Positions 1 to 12,700 of a stretch of 64,000 nucleotides of DNA are shown one piece after another; the first letter of the stretch is position 1; each line of letters begins with the position of its first letter. The notes under the pieces are model-generated. The model ran no database searches. It was not told where the DNA came from and saw nothing but the letters and a program-made list of their open reading frames with translations. Source of the stretch: Eledone cirrhosa (Eukaryota); assembly GCA_964016885.1 (NCBI GenBank), contig OZ024744.1, positions 37,262,001 to 37,326,000 of the forward strand. The letters run 5' to 3'. Position numbers and translations under genes: made by a program.

Positions 1-264
1 AGAAACAGAGCTAAGCCTCTTATAACCCCGAAGAAAATACCACGGAGGCGGAGGGGGTATTTATAAGAGGCTTAGCTCTGTTTATAATATATTGTTCATA
101 ACTCCCTCTGGTTGAGTAATCTTTGAAGTGTGGTGACTGCTGGAAAGCTGCCATTACTCATACTTCTCGCCCCCTTCACCACCTCTTCTACGGCTTCGAT
201 ATAAATACCCCCTCCGCCTCCGTGGTATTTTCTTCGGGGTTATAAGAGGCTTAGTTCTGTTTCT
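1..264. repeat. Nested inverted repeat (partial inverted PLE pLTR-like)
   Basis: 1-64 is the reverse complement of 201-264 (1 mismatch); 3-25 also pairs with 61-83; lies just upstream of a hammerhead motif and a (TA)n tract. Confidence 0.85.
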
Positions 265-358
265 CGACCGTTATATCGCGTGACTATCTCCCCCTCCGCC
301 TTTTGGGATTCTTTCTCACGTCGTGTAGACGCGTTCTTGAAGCTAGTAAAATGAGGTA

Positions 359-448
359 TCCTCTTGATAAGTCGGCAGACTTCGCAAGGACTCTATATCT
401 TTATGATGTATTGTTTTTGTTTATGCCACGAAACTACGTAGTCGAGGA
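359..448 (+). ncRNA. Type I hammerhead ribozyme motif (PLE-type, U3-A8 core)
   Basis: Stem I TCCTC/GAGGA; core TTGATAA (364-370); stem II GT(C)GGCA...TGCCAC; GAAA (430-433); palindromic helix III ACTACGTAGT; GUC triplet (441-443). Confidence 0.75.
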
Positions 449-517
449 ATCTAGGAGCAGTTTAGGTATGATACATTTTATTACTAATTATATCTAAATA
501 TTTCTTCTCTCTTCATA

Positions 518-628
<111 letters not shown>

Positions 629-767
629 AAAAGTGTAATTTTCTACACAATACGAAGGTTATAGGGAAAATTGAGGTTGGTAATGGCACATGGAATATAT
701 AAGAGACAGAATACTTTTTTGTGAAAAAACATAATTTTATAAGGTAAGGAAATAATAAAGGGTATAA

Positions 768-815
768 AAAATGAGCGGTTTCGATGGGTCTGCAAAAGCC
801 ATCTTTTCAAATGTT
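768..815 (-). ncRNA. Partly decayed hammerhead motif in a PLE pLTR-like fragment (about 627-1120)
   Basis: Minus strand: aacat-TTGAAAA-GATGG-loop-CCATC-GAAA-CCGC-TC-atttt; helix III ACCGCT is one change from palindrome ACCGGT. Confidence 0.55.
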
Positions 816-1127
816 GATTAATATTAAGAAAAATTAATAATACGAAGAGTTAAAATTTGAGCTTTGAAAATTCAAGTATAAAATTCATTGTGGGATTTCA
901 TAGCAGTTTTCATCTAGGTAGCAACAACAGGCTGACTGCTGTGTCCCTTTCTGGTAGTGAATGAGAAGTTATTTGGGGTGTGGGTTATTTTATAAAGGTC
1001 AGATTTAGCAATCACCAACTGGCCAGCTGCTGGTCAGTGAGGGGGTGGAAGCAATATACGTACACATATCTTCCTGTGGTGGGTAGGAGAGTGGAGCGTG
1101 ATAGAAAGGGATTTAGTGCACTTACAC

Positions 1128-1161
1128 CTATATATACACACATACCTTCATCCACACATAC

Positions 1162-1256
<95 letters not shown>

Positions 1257-1321
1257 CACACATACATACACACACACATACATATACATACACACATACA
1301 CACACACACATATATACACAT

Positions 1322-1380
<59 letters not shown>

Positions 1381-1459
1381 CACACACACACACACATATA
1401 TATACATACACATACATCCAGATACACACATACATACACACACACACATATATATATAT

Positions 1460-1517
<58 letters not shown>

Positions 1518-1620
1518 CCCCACACATACATACACACACACACACATATATATATACATACACACATACAAACATACACACACAATATAAATGTATATAT
1601 ATAAATACAGATATAGATAG

Positions 1621-1659
<39 letters not shown>

Positions 1660-1805
1660 TACATACATACATATATATATATATATACACACACACATAC
1701 ATTTAAACACACACATATATGTGTATACATACATATATATATATACATACACACACACTTTCGTACATATATGTGTAGCCAAATGAAAATATATATATAT
1801 ATATA
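1128..1805. repeat. Compound (TA)n/(CA)n/(TACA)n microsatellite
   Basis: Direct reading; accounts for the overlapping YI/HT/CV-rich ORFs. Confidence 0.97.
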
Positions 1806-1806
1806 A

Positions 1807-2036
1807 TGAGAGAAAAAGCTATATATAGTATACGAAACAGTGTATTTTATAGAAGAATATGTACACAGGTGGAATCATAAGTGAAACCTTATAGTGCTAT
1901 TTCACATTCGGGAGAGTGTAGCGCAAAATCAATCTCTAGTTTGACTGATGATTCCACGAGAGTACATATCCTTGTATAGAATATGTATTTGGTATATATA
2001 CGATATACGGCTCTTTCTGTCTCTCTGTATATATAT
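1807..2036. repeat. Diverged fold-back element between TA tracts
   Basis: atatgtac..gtggaatcat..agtgaaac pairs with gtttgact..atgattccac..gtacatat; outer arms pair imperfectly. Confidence 0.6.
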
Positions 2037-2058
2037 TAGTCTTCAATTTTTTTATTAC

Positions 2059-2117
<59 letters not shown>

Positions 2118-2138
2118 ATTAATATATATATATATATA

Positions 2139-2419
2139 TTGTTATACTTTGGGAGGGTCATGCTGCCAATAAAAAACACACGCACCAGTTGCTTTCACTT
2201 CAATTTATTATATATTTATAAATTTATAAATTTACAAATTTACAAACTTATAAATTTCTGGTTGGTTGGTTGGTTCCACAACCAGATAGTTGTTTATATA
2301 TAGTCATAGTCCTTTCGTCACACACTCTGTGACCTCTTCAGTGACTGGGGATTCCTTTCTTCGTTTCTGTGCCTTTCCTTTCTTCTATCCTACGCCATTT
2401 TGTTTCTGTGTGTGTGTGA
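2139..2419 (-). mobile_element. Solo Penelope-like pLTR fragment, same family as 49594-50845
   Basis: Aligns along its length with 49594-49865; contains a hammerhead; flanked by TA repeats. Confidence 0.85.
2302..2346 (-). ncRNA. Minimal type I hammerhead ribozyme motif
   Basis: AGTCA-CTGAAGA-G-GTCAC-agagtgt-GTGAC-GAAA-GGAC-T-A-TGACT. Confidence 0.8.
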
Positions 2420-2449
2420 ACATTCTGCTATTATATATATATATATATA

Positions 2450-3214
2450 ATAGCAGAATGTCCTGGCGTTGTTCGGGCTTCTAAACATAGATTGGCATGT
2501 TTATCCCTCCTTTCTGAAACAGTACAGAGAAGTACGGAATACTCCGGCCTGGGGATGGTGTCTACATTTTGTGCTTAAGCAAATCATTTTCCATTAAGAT
2601 TTTTTAAAAGCATGTAATTGCGTTCCCTCTCTTTTTTGTTGTTGTTTTTGCTGCTGTTGGTGTGATAGCAGCCGTTGGTCATACTACTAACACAGTCTCG
2701 TCCTTCTTCAGCCAATCGTGTATATCCCCTTCTGCCTCGTCTACCTAAACAATGATTGTAGCACCTCCTTGTACACAATGTTCCTTGTTCTTCCGTGTCG
2801 GTCATATGCAAAGACATGTGTCTTGCTTCCCACCTTGAGCGGCCAACGTATAGTTGCCCGTGTGAAAAAGATGAATCTTCCAAAAGAAGACCAGGAACAG
2901 CTACGGTCTGACCCTGGGATTTGTTGATAGACATTGCAAAGCTGACACGATTCGGCTAATGGTTCGTTGGTTGTCTGTTTCAAGTGCTCTTCTGGTGGCA
3001 GTATGTTCAGCATCTTGCGACCGTCGAATAGCAGATTCCACTGATGATTCGTTTTCCCGCCTTGTTTTTCTTGCCGCTTTCGCAGTATTTCGGCTAATGG
3101 AGTATTCCTTCCTTCGAGGCATCACCTAAAAGCAGGACGAAGTACACTAAGACTAACTGGTAGAGTAAGGAGTTAACTTGTCAGTGATGCATGTGATTTC
3201 CGAACCGTTGACTA
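2450..3214 (-). mobile_element. Internally deleted Helitron remnant
   Basis: PIF1-type helicase C-terminal motifs MSINKSQGQT..FSHGQLYV..SR and ..TRNIVYKEVLQ* (2741-2940) fused to a Rep/Hel N-terminus-like MPRRKEYSISR.. (2945-3125); Helitron-type 3' end cccgaacaacgccagg-acattctg-CTAT at 2450-2478; 5' limit uncertain. Confidence 0.8.
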
Positions 3215-3366
3215 TGTAATTGCTGGCCTTGTGCCAACATTAGTGGGACTTTTTGGTTGGCATATCGGCAGTAACAATGACGATAAGCCGTCTGTGCTTT
3301 CGTGAAATAAATACGTTTGTTTATATTTTGTTTTTGTGTATGCAAAAATATCTGTACACGAATATA

Positions 3367-3437
<71 letters not shown>

Positions 3438-3445
3438 CATATTAT

Positions 3446-3496
3446 AGTTTAAGCAAAGAATCGGTGCTTTCACCCTTAACGGGATTTTCTGAAACT
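3446..3496 (-). ncRNA. Variant hammerhead-like motif (copy of the 55698/56471 family, decayed G8A)
   Basis: AGTTT-CAGAAAA-T-CCC-gttaa-GGG-T-GAAA-GCA..TGC-T-T-AAACT. Confidence 0.5.
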
Positions 3497-3734
3497 AAAA
3501 AAATCAATCTGTGAACGCAGAAGTAAATATTTCGAAAAACGTTGCAAGCGTAGAAAAACAGGAAGACGATACTTTGGTTCGTGAAGACATTCCCTGGCAA
3601 TGAACGGAAAATAACGAAGATAATACGTCAGCATTTAGAACAATATTTGTCATAATGTCGTATGCAGACAGCCAGACATACAGATATTATAAGGGTGCGA
3701 AGTTATAGCTATGTATCTATCTAAAAAGACAGAC

Positions 3735-3933
3735 TAAGAAAGAGAGAGAGATTGATAACCGGCGCCTAACACCCCTTTAACAACAGAAAATTGAAAATAA
3801 AATCTGCAGTTAATATCTTTACACAGCAAGGAATATATAAATGCAAGTTTGAAGTCAATTGGAGTAGAAATGTGGATTTGTATAGACTTTGAAAAAATTA
3901 GGACACACAGAGACAATTTCAGTTTTAAATATA

Positions 3934-3935
<2 letters not shown>
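3735..3935 (-). mobile_element. Possible 5' part of a non-autonomous Helitron
   Basis: Minus strand starts atatatttaaaactgaaattgtctctgtgtgtcc..aaatccacatttctactccaattgacttcaaacttgc, resembling Helitron-N 5' ends; same strand as the adjacent remnant. Confidence 0.4.
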
Positions 3936-3980
<45 letters not shown>

Positions 3981-4313
3981 TCATATATATATATATTAAT
4001 TCATTAGAGTATTATCAGTTCTGGAGGAGGAGTCCCTCCCTGGATTGCCTCCAGCCTCATCGGTCACAGCCATGGACACTCTGGTTCCAAATGATGAGTG
4101 AGATTGTTCTCCGTCTGCCTCATAGTTGTCCTCACGGCCTTGTCCACTTTCATGAAGTCCATCCCATCACTCTGATGACCTTGGCGGGGTAACTCCATAG
4201 ATGGTTGAGACTGAGGGACTATGGTTGATATTGTCTGGCTTGGTCCACTGAGTGTCCCATACTCGCCACTATTTGGATATATACACACATATTCAGGTTG
4301 ACAGGGGGAAACG

Positions 4314-4650
<337 letters not shown>

Positions 4651-5044
4651 ACTATTTGATAGCCATTGACTCTCCTGAGTCTTTCCGTCCTTTGACCAAT
4701 TTTGGCGTGTTGCCTATTTAGTCACAGGCGACATGATCATGCAACATGTTTATGTTACGTGTTACCCATAGTGCTCAAGAGCCATCGTCTTAAGATTTAC
4801 CAATTTTCACGTCCAGAGTCGGGAATGTGGCATCTCCGAGTATATTAATGAGATTTTTCATGCGTTATAGTTATTGTATGCTGTATGTATTTCTTACCTT
4901 CACTGCTCATAGCTGTGTCTAGAATGTCCGAATGTGGTGTTTTACAATTATATTAGCTGTATAAAGTCATATAGTAATAGTTACATATTTCGTGACTTGA
5001 AGCTACGTCGGTTTCCACGATGAGTGTTACAATTGTTTGATCAA

Positions 5045-5290
5045 GAGAGAAACCTGCTCGTAAAATTAGTATATAAGTGGCTGAGTATTCCTCGTGGACA
5101 CTTAAAGTAATTCTCAGCGCAATTCAGTATGACACAAAGTAAGACAAGTTTGTCTCTTTGAAGATACAGGCATAGTCCATCCAACGGGCTTCCAAACTGT
5201 TTCCCTCTACCAAATTAAACTCACAATACATGGTTCGATCGGAGGCTATGGTAAATGATACTTGCACAAGATGCCACAAAGAATTCAATG
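5045..5290 (-). mobile_element. Decayed SINE with a CORE-like central region
   Basis: Minus strand gtggcatcttgtgcaagtatcatttaccatagcctccgatcgaacc..ttgtgagtttaatttggtagagggaaac..gaagcccgt resembles invertebrate tRNA-SINE bodies (recognised from memory). Confidence 0.45.
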
Positions 5291-5394
5291 GATCTAAAGT
5301 TAAAAACAAACACTAAGTCCATAGTTAACACCGTAGTTATAAAATGTGACACCAAAATAAAGTTTCTACACACAGAAACATACACACACACACA

Positions 5395-5459
<65 letters not shown>

Positions 5460-5519
5460 ACGTGCTTGTGTGTGTGTGTGTGTGTGTGTGTTTCTAAATA
5501 CCTATTGTTTAATTATTAC

Positions 5520-5685
5520 CCTCAACGGAACGGTTTGACAATTAAAGTTCGATAAAATAAGTACCAGATTCGAAATATATGAACAAGGCTCTATATGATC
5601 AACTAATATATTTGTATACGGTACTCCGCGGCATGACCGTGGTGCAGTCACTGAAGCTAGTAAAATAAAAATAAAATAAAATAAA
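5520..5685 (+). mobile_element. Decayed SINE 3' half with (TAAAA)n tail
   Basis: cgataaaataagtaccag (shared with the Nin-domain SINE) ..gcatgaccgt..cagtcactgaagctag-taaaataaaaataaaa. Confidence 0.5.
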
Positions 5686-6811
5686 GCAAGCTCGCATTAA
5701 ACAAGATACTCTCAAAACTTTTGTAAACAAAAGACTATTCTTATTTACGAAGTGCAGAACCGTTCAACCAACAGTAATTATAGGGATTGTCTCTTATTAA
5801 TGGATGACTTTTAGTTTAAGAGGGAAATGCCGGGGATATTAATTATAAGTCAATAATCCGGAGCCGCTAATAAAGCGACATGTTAAATTCTCGAAGATTG
5901 ATTAAACAATAAAGATTAATTAACTGAGAAAGAGAGGATAAACATTGATTCACTTCTAATATAGAAAGAAGCATACATTAGTAATGAGGAATTTATTGTT
6001 ATTTTAAAGTCTCTAATTAAGGATATGAAACTAATCAATCTGACATTGCTAAGACGTCATCCGGAAGATGTGAGTTTCTTTCTGGGTCAAAATGTGCTTT
6101 AGAGTCGATCAATTGTTGACCATCTGTGGAGTCAAAATTTCATTGGATGTAATTAGAAATTCTAAAATTAATTGACCATTAGACACAGATTTGACTAAAG
6201 ATATTGTTTTGTTTTGCATTAATTAAGAATTGAACGGATTTTGTTTCGATTCCTTACGCCACGTCATTAACTTTACGTGCGCCACCGCTGCCAATATCTT
6301 TGGGAAAAAAACCATGAACATCACAACAGACATAACAGTACAACATGAAGTCAATAGAATTGTTCAATAGAGTGTTACAGACACTTAAACGGAATACCAA
6401 ACAATTGGTCATAGTTGCATTGATACACAAGCTGTTAAGGTGTACCTGTAACATAGCGACCATGTTTATATATACTTAGGTACGAAAGCACACGCACTGA
6501 TTTTCAGTATGTGTGAGACTATCCTCCTTCAATCGATAATAAAAGTGGTACATATATATTACACACACACACACGCGCGCGCGCGTGCGTATGTGTGTGT
6601 GTGTATACTACTCCTTGCCTGTCTGGATAAACTTACCACTGTCTGCACCCCGTTTCCTTCATATGACCAGTTCACTATGATAAACTCAACCAAAGCACTA
6701 CCATGACCAGTGACCTACTTTTTCATATCCTACAAATATTACTACATCGTCGTAAAAGCTTGCTGAACACACAACCCGGAACCACTTGGCGGAGTGGTCA
6801 GGATTTTACAT

Positions 6812-7062
<251 letters not shown>

Positions 7063-7208
7063 CGGGTGTGTATGATTGTGTATAGAAGATTATATTAACA
7101 AGAGGAATTCCAACTTTGTCTGATTTACTCGTTTTATTTACAATACTTTAAAATTTATATACTATATAATGAAATAGTATGATAGAATATTAAATTCTAA
7201 GTGTTAAT

Positions 7209-7247
7209 TGAACAAGTACTTTCATGCTTTCGCAATCTTCAGGTTCA
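7209..7247 (-). ncRNA. Minimal type I hammerhead ribozyme motif (39 nt)
   Basis: TGAAC-CTGAAGA-T-TGC-GAAA-GCA-T-GAAA-GTAC-T-T-GTTCA; GNRA-capped stem II; palindromic helix III AGTACT. Confidence 0.8.
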
Positions 7248-7863
7248 TAATATGTGGTGACAGTCAAGTTTGCAATTTTCAACTGAATCGATATATATAT
7301 ATATACATACATATATACCTATATCAGTGCACTAACATAACGTAGTTCGTATTGGAAGTGTATATAAAGCCGTAACCGATATGTTTATGTATAACAGACA
7401 TCAGCCTCACTATGAACATTTTAAACATTATCGTGTCATAACCATCTCAGGTACTAGTGAAAATATCAGCCATGTTGTTTCTGGAAATATTCTCTGGGTA
7501 TTGAAACGGTATCGATCTCTATTTGCTAGCTATGGCAAATGAATCTACTACAAATAAAGTATTAGGTAAAAACAAAACAAATGATAACTTTTTTCAACAA
7601 GATCAATAATTATAAAAGAAATCGTTTAAACGATTGAATCGATTTTGGTAGTAAGAAATTGGGGAGTGCAAGTGATGTTTTAAGTAGGGGCTCTGAAATT
7701 GCTGGAGAAATTCAAGAAGATATCGATAGCTTCTGACAGGAGAAACTCACATGACATACATCTGCAGACCTGCCCGCGTCTAATAAAAGCCCAAGCGGGG
7801 TGTACCATGAAAACAAGGAGAGATGAGGCAAAATGGGAAGATATTTCATAATGAAAGCTATAT

Positions 7864-7933
<70 letters not shown>

Positions 7934-7989
7934 ATATATATATATATCGTTTTATATAACTCTCTCTCTCTATATATATATATATATTA

Positions 7990-8490
7990 TAATTGAATAT
8001 AAAAAAGAGATAAACACAGATATATACATATATGTGTTCAAATGGTAAGGGACCAGAATCGCTAAGGTGAAAAAGATACTAACTATGGACAATAGGGTTT
8101 GCCAGACACAATTTAAGAATAAATCAAGAAATTAAATACAAACCGGAATTGTGGTAACTACCAGGCGCACAGACAGCAGTTGGTGATGCTGTTTCGCAAT
8201 TTAATTGTGAAGAGCATCGCCAAATGCAGGCTGGGTGAATGGTAGTTACCACAATTCCGATTTGTATTTATTTTTTAGATTTATTCTTAAATTGAGTCTG
8301 GCAAACTCTATTGTCCATTATTAGTATCTTTTTCGCCCTAGCGATTCTGGTCCCTTACGATTTCAACACATATATGTATATATCTGTGTTTATCTCTCTT
8401 TTACATTCAATTAAAATATACGGCTCGGAAAACATCTCTTTCCTTGAGCTATTTTAATGTAAGATACTATTTTGAATTTCTAACTCAATA
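7990..8490. mobile_element. Long fold-back element (about 420-nt hairpin 7990-8413 plus unique tail), same family as 54741-55050
   Basis: 7990-8162 pairs with 8240-8413 and the centre also pairs imperfectly; tail 8418-8490 matches the reverse complement of 54741-54813. Confidence 0.85.
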
Positions 8491-8625
8491 TATAACTTTG
8501 ATATATATATATTATATAGTATATATATATATATAATTATGTATCCATACATACATATATGTATACAGACATACAGTAGTATGTATATATATAGATACAT
8601 GTACACATATATATATATATATATA

Positions 8626-8865
8626 TGTACGTATGGGTTTACCGAACATTTATTATAATGTTCGGTTTGTTTGTAAACAAACAGCCCGAATTAAGCAGAA
8701 CAGTGTTCGACAACCAACATTGCCCTTTTGTTCAACACTGACAAAGGAACGATGAACTAGTTTCCAGCTTATTAGCTGTCATCAGCACCGTATACCTTAC
8801 TGTCAATCGATTGAACGTAAACAAACCGAACATTATAATAAATGTTCGGTAAACTCATACGTACA
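8626..8865. mobile_element. MITE-like element with about 47-bp TIRs in TA context
   Basis: 8626-8672 vs 8819-8865 inverted, 1 mismatch; each TIR contains an internal CCGAACATT..AATGTTCGG hairpin. Confidence 0.8.
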
Positions 8866-8967
8866 TATATATGTGTGCATGTATGTATATACATACTACT
8901 GTACGTCTGTAAACATAAATGTATGTACGTATACATACTTATATTTAAGTATCAGCCGTACTAAGAA

Positions 8968-9558
8968 CCGCCACCACCACCACCACTGCCTCATTATCAC
9001 TACCGCCGCTATGCTCTCCCGCTACCCCCTGCTACATTCTAGAATTCCCACTAAAAGAGAAAGGCATCAAAATATATAAATAGACTGAATTGATGACCCG
9101 GTCAAAATAAAAAAAAACAAAAATAAAAATCAAGTTTTAGTTTTAACAAAATGTTTAATTCCAATATTAAGAAAATATGTCAACACATATACGCGCTAAC
9201 GATAATTTCACTAAAGATAATTTCACCACCAACACCACCACCACTACCACGATGACAACTCTGGTCAAGTCGACTCAAATTTCTACTCCAACTTCAACAC
9301 CATCACTACAGTAATACGACCAAATCACCACCACCACTGCCTCATTATCGCTACCGCCGCTATTCTCTCCCACTACCTCCTGCTAGTTGCTGCTAGCACG
9401 GCACCGCCACCACCACCACCGCTGCCTCATTATCACTACCGCCGCTATTCTCTCCCACTAGCCCCTGCTATATTGTAGAATTCTCACTGAAAGAGGAAGG
9501 CATCAAAATGTTTAAATAGACTGAATTGATGACCCGGTCAAATAAAAAAAAACAAAAA
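8968..9558. repeat. About 155-bp direct repeats (8968-9123, 9404-9558; partial third copy 9326-9384)
   Basis: Shared ccaccacc..ctgcctcattatcactaccgccgcta..aaggcatcaaaat..gactgaattgatgacccggtcaaa. Confidence 0.9.
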
Positions 9559-9761
9559 TCAAAATCAAAGCAGCACAGCAACGACGAAAAACGTAAAGAA
9601 AATAAGAATGAAGAGAAAAACAAACAGACGGACAGAGAAGGGAAGGGAAAAATTAAGTCAGACATTCAAACACTACATTACAATGAAACTTATGCTTATT
9701 CATTTTTGGGGTTTTTCTGCCTGTTTGTTTGTTTGTTTATTTGTGTTCGTCTACAGCGTGA

Positions 9762-12700
9762 TAATGCCACACAAAAGTCACGTGGGGTGACGAAACCACC
9801 GGAGACGATGAATTCACCGGTGGTTATGTAACCATACATTCGCCAATCCTCGATAAGAGTGTTTAAATGTCGAACCTAAACAGTTCGAATAACGGTGAAA
9901 TGGAGACTAGAATGTCATGTGACAGATTCTCACCCAACAGGTGCTCCCTGGCTCAGCAGCAGGGACCTGGCTGTCAACCAAATACTGCTGGTGTCGGAGG
10001 AAGAATAAGAAGGAAAGGGACCAGAACCAACTGGACGAAAGAATTGAATAGAACTGTTATGCAATGTTACCTGAAGAGTAACCCCAAGGAGAAAGGCTAT
10101 AGGAAACGGATGCATAACATCTGGAACGAGATTGGTCTATTTAAATTAGATGAACAAAAATTGGCTGGGCAGGCTCGGGTAATAAGAACTAATGGGTGGA
10201 TAAGCGAGCTGGAACTGGAGGAACTGAGCAGAGAGATTAGCTTGGAGATGGAGAGTGGAGTATGCCAGGCAAACGAGCAAGTGGGAAATGAAGGTGAAGA
10301 GGTCGAGAGAATGGAGGAACCACCCGAAGCAGACAATGATCTGAATGCTGAGATAAATAGTACCTGGAATAGAGATACGGCCACTGAGGAGATGAATGCT
10401 GACGGGCTAGGACAAGATTTGGTTGATATCCTAAACTTAGTGGTAGATGAATTGAACAATGATAGTGGGAGACCTATGAACCTAAGATTTGTAGACAAGA
10501 AAAAGTTAAAAGAAGGAACAGCTAAGGTAAACAAAGTCATCCCATACCTTGAGGCGAGGAGCCTTCACCAGTGCAACAATATCCTCAAAGCAGCAGCAAA
10601 TACGGTGAGGAAACTACTTGGTTTAAAGCGAGAACAAACAACAGACAAGAAAGAGCAGAGCCTTGGTGGAAGAAACGACTGAGGGGTCAAATTAGGGAAA
10701 TGAGAAATGACATTGGAAAGCTTGAGTCCCAACTGAATGGGACACTAAAAAACATAGACACTAAAAATAGACTGGAAATAAAGTACAAAACTAGGAGGAC
10801 AAAGCTAAATATTATCATAGAGGAACTGAATCAACGCATTGCAGCAAAGAGTGCAACAATCAGGCGATACGAGAACAGAGTCAGTCAGTATAGAAAGAAC
10901 CGCATCTTCGACAACAACCAGAATATGTTGTTTGGACAGCTTGAAGGGAAAGAAAGAGGCAACGACTTGATCCCTGAGGCGAAACAAACTAAAACATTCT
11001 GGAGAGGAATATGGGAGCAGGATGTTAAACATAATGACCAGGCAGTGTGGATTGAAACAGTACAGAAGCAGATCAGTGAACAGGAACACCAACAAACTGA
11101 TTTGAGTATCACAATTGAAACTCTTAAGGGGCAGGCCAAAACACTAACCAAATGGAAATCACCAGGCCCAGATGGTGTGCAGGGGTATTGGATTAAAAAT
11201 ATAACATCCCTCCACCCGAAACTGACAACCATGTTCAATGACTGCTTGATGTCAGGTGAGGTACCAGAGTGGTTGACAAAAGGTACCACAGTTCTGATAA
11301 TGAAAGACCGAATCAAGGGTAATGATGTTACCAACTATAGACCTATCACATGTCTGTCCGTAATGTGGAAACTGTTGACAAGCATTATGTCTGAGGAAAT
11401 CTACCATCACCTCCACACAAACAACTTGTTACCGGAGGAACAGAAAGGATGTCGAAAGAAGTCACGTGGTACAAAGGACCAGTTACTTATTGATAAGATG
11501 GTAATGAGGAATTGCAAGAGGAGACACACTGGTTTGCCATGGGATGGATAGACTACAAAAAGGCATTTGACATGGTGCCTCATTCTTGGATCACCAAAAG
11601 CCTGGAGATCTTCAAGGTGGCAGATAACATCAGACAGTTGTTGGGCAAAAGTATGAAGGCTTGGAAACAGAGTTAACATCAACTGGAGAATCCTTGGGAA
11701 GCGTGAAGATCAAGAGAGGTATCTTCCAGGGAGATAGTCTGTCCCCTCTGTTGTTTGTCCTTGCCCTGATGCCCCTGACCAGTGTACTGCGAAAAGTGAG
11801 AGCAGGATACAGGTTGGGAAAGGGAGGGCTTACCATCAAACACCTCCTCTTCATGGACGATCTTAAGCTCTTCGGGAAGAGTGAGAAGGAGTTGGATGTG
11901 CTTGTTGACACTGTCCGTATTTTCAGCAATGATATATGTATGCAATTTGGTATTAGTAAGTGTGGAGTCATTGTGATGAGGAGGGGTAAGTTGAGCAGAA
12001 GTAACGGAATCCAGATACCAACAGGTGAGATGATAAAGGAAATTGACTCTGAGGAAGGATACAAGTATTTCGGCGTTCTGGAGGCTGATGACATCAAGAA
12101 TAAAAAAAATGAAGGAATTGATAAGAACTGAATACCTTCGGAGAGTAAGGAGCGTATTAAAGTCACATCTGAACAGTAGGAATGCCATAAGTGCAGTAAA
12201 TTTCCGAGCTGTGTCTATTATTAGGTACAGTGCGGGAATTCTGAGATGGAATGTTGCTGAACAAAAAGAAATGGATAGGAAGACTAGGAAGCTATTGACT
12301 ATCTACAACATGTTCCACAAGAGGATTGATGTCGATAGATTCTACTTAAGGAGATCTGAAGGTGGAAGATCTTATCAGCATAGAGGACTGTGTTCAGATG
12401 GAGAAAAACAACCTACACAAATACGTGACTGATAGTAAGGAGCCAATGCTCAGAACTGTACTGAAGGAGGGCGCAATAGGCCAGGGGATGTCCAAGGAGG
12501 AAATAACATCAAGGATAAAGAGCAGCCTTCAGGAAAAATCCCTTCATAGTACCTTCTTTGAGAGAAGGAACTGATTGAAAAGAGGAGACCTTAAAAAGGC
12601 TACAGAAGGAATGTTAATGGCTGCGCAGGAGCAGGCCCTCAAAACGAAGTGGTTGAAACACTAGATTTACAAGGAGGAGGCTAGCCCACTGTGCAGGAAC

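Noticed and set aside
980-1786. Long YI/HT/CV/SL-rich ORFs (also near 4064-4652, 32113-33968, 42072-44139, 51960-52540)
   Set aside because: Stop-free translations of dinucleotide microsatellites
4020-4312. GC-richer island, possibly a retroelement 3' end
   Set aside because: No diagnostic motif in any frame
5700-6240. TAAT-rich unique stretch as a homeodomain-bound enhancer
   Set aside because: Not distinguishable from AT-rich background without conservation or chromatin data
6254-6269. 16-nt match to 59420-59435 containing TGACGTGG
   Set aside because: About one 16-mer match is expected by chance in 64 kb; no promoter context
8170-8233. Pre-miRNA-like hairpin
   Set aside because: It is the apex of a larger repetitive fold-back; needs small-RNA reads to support
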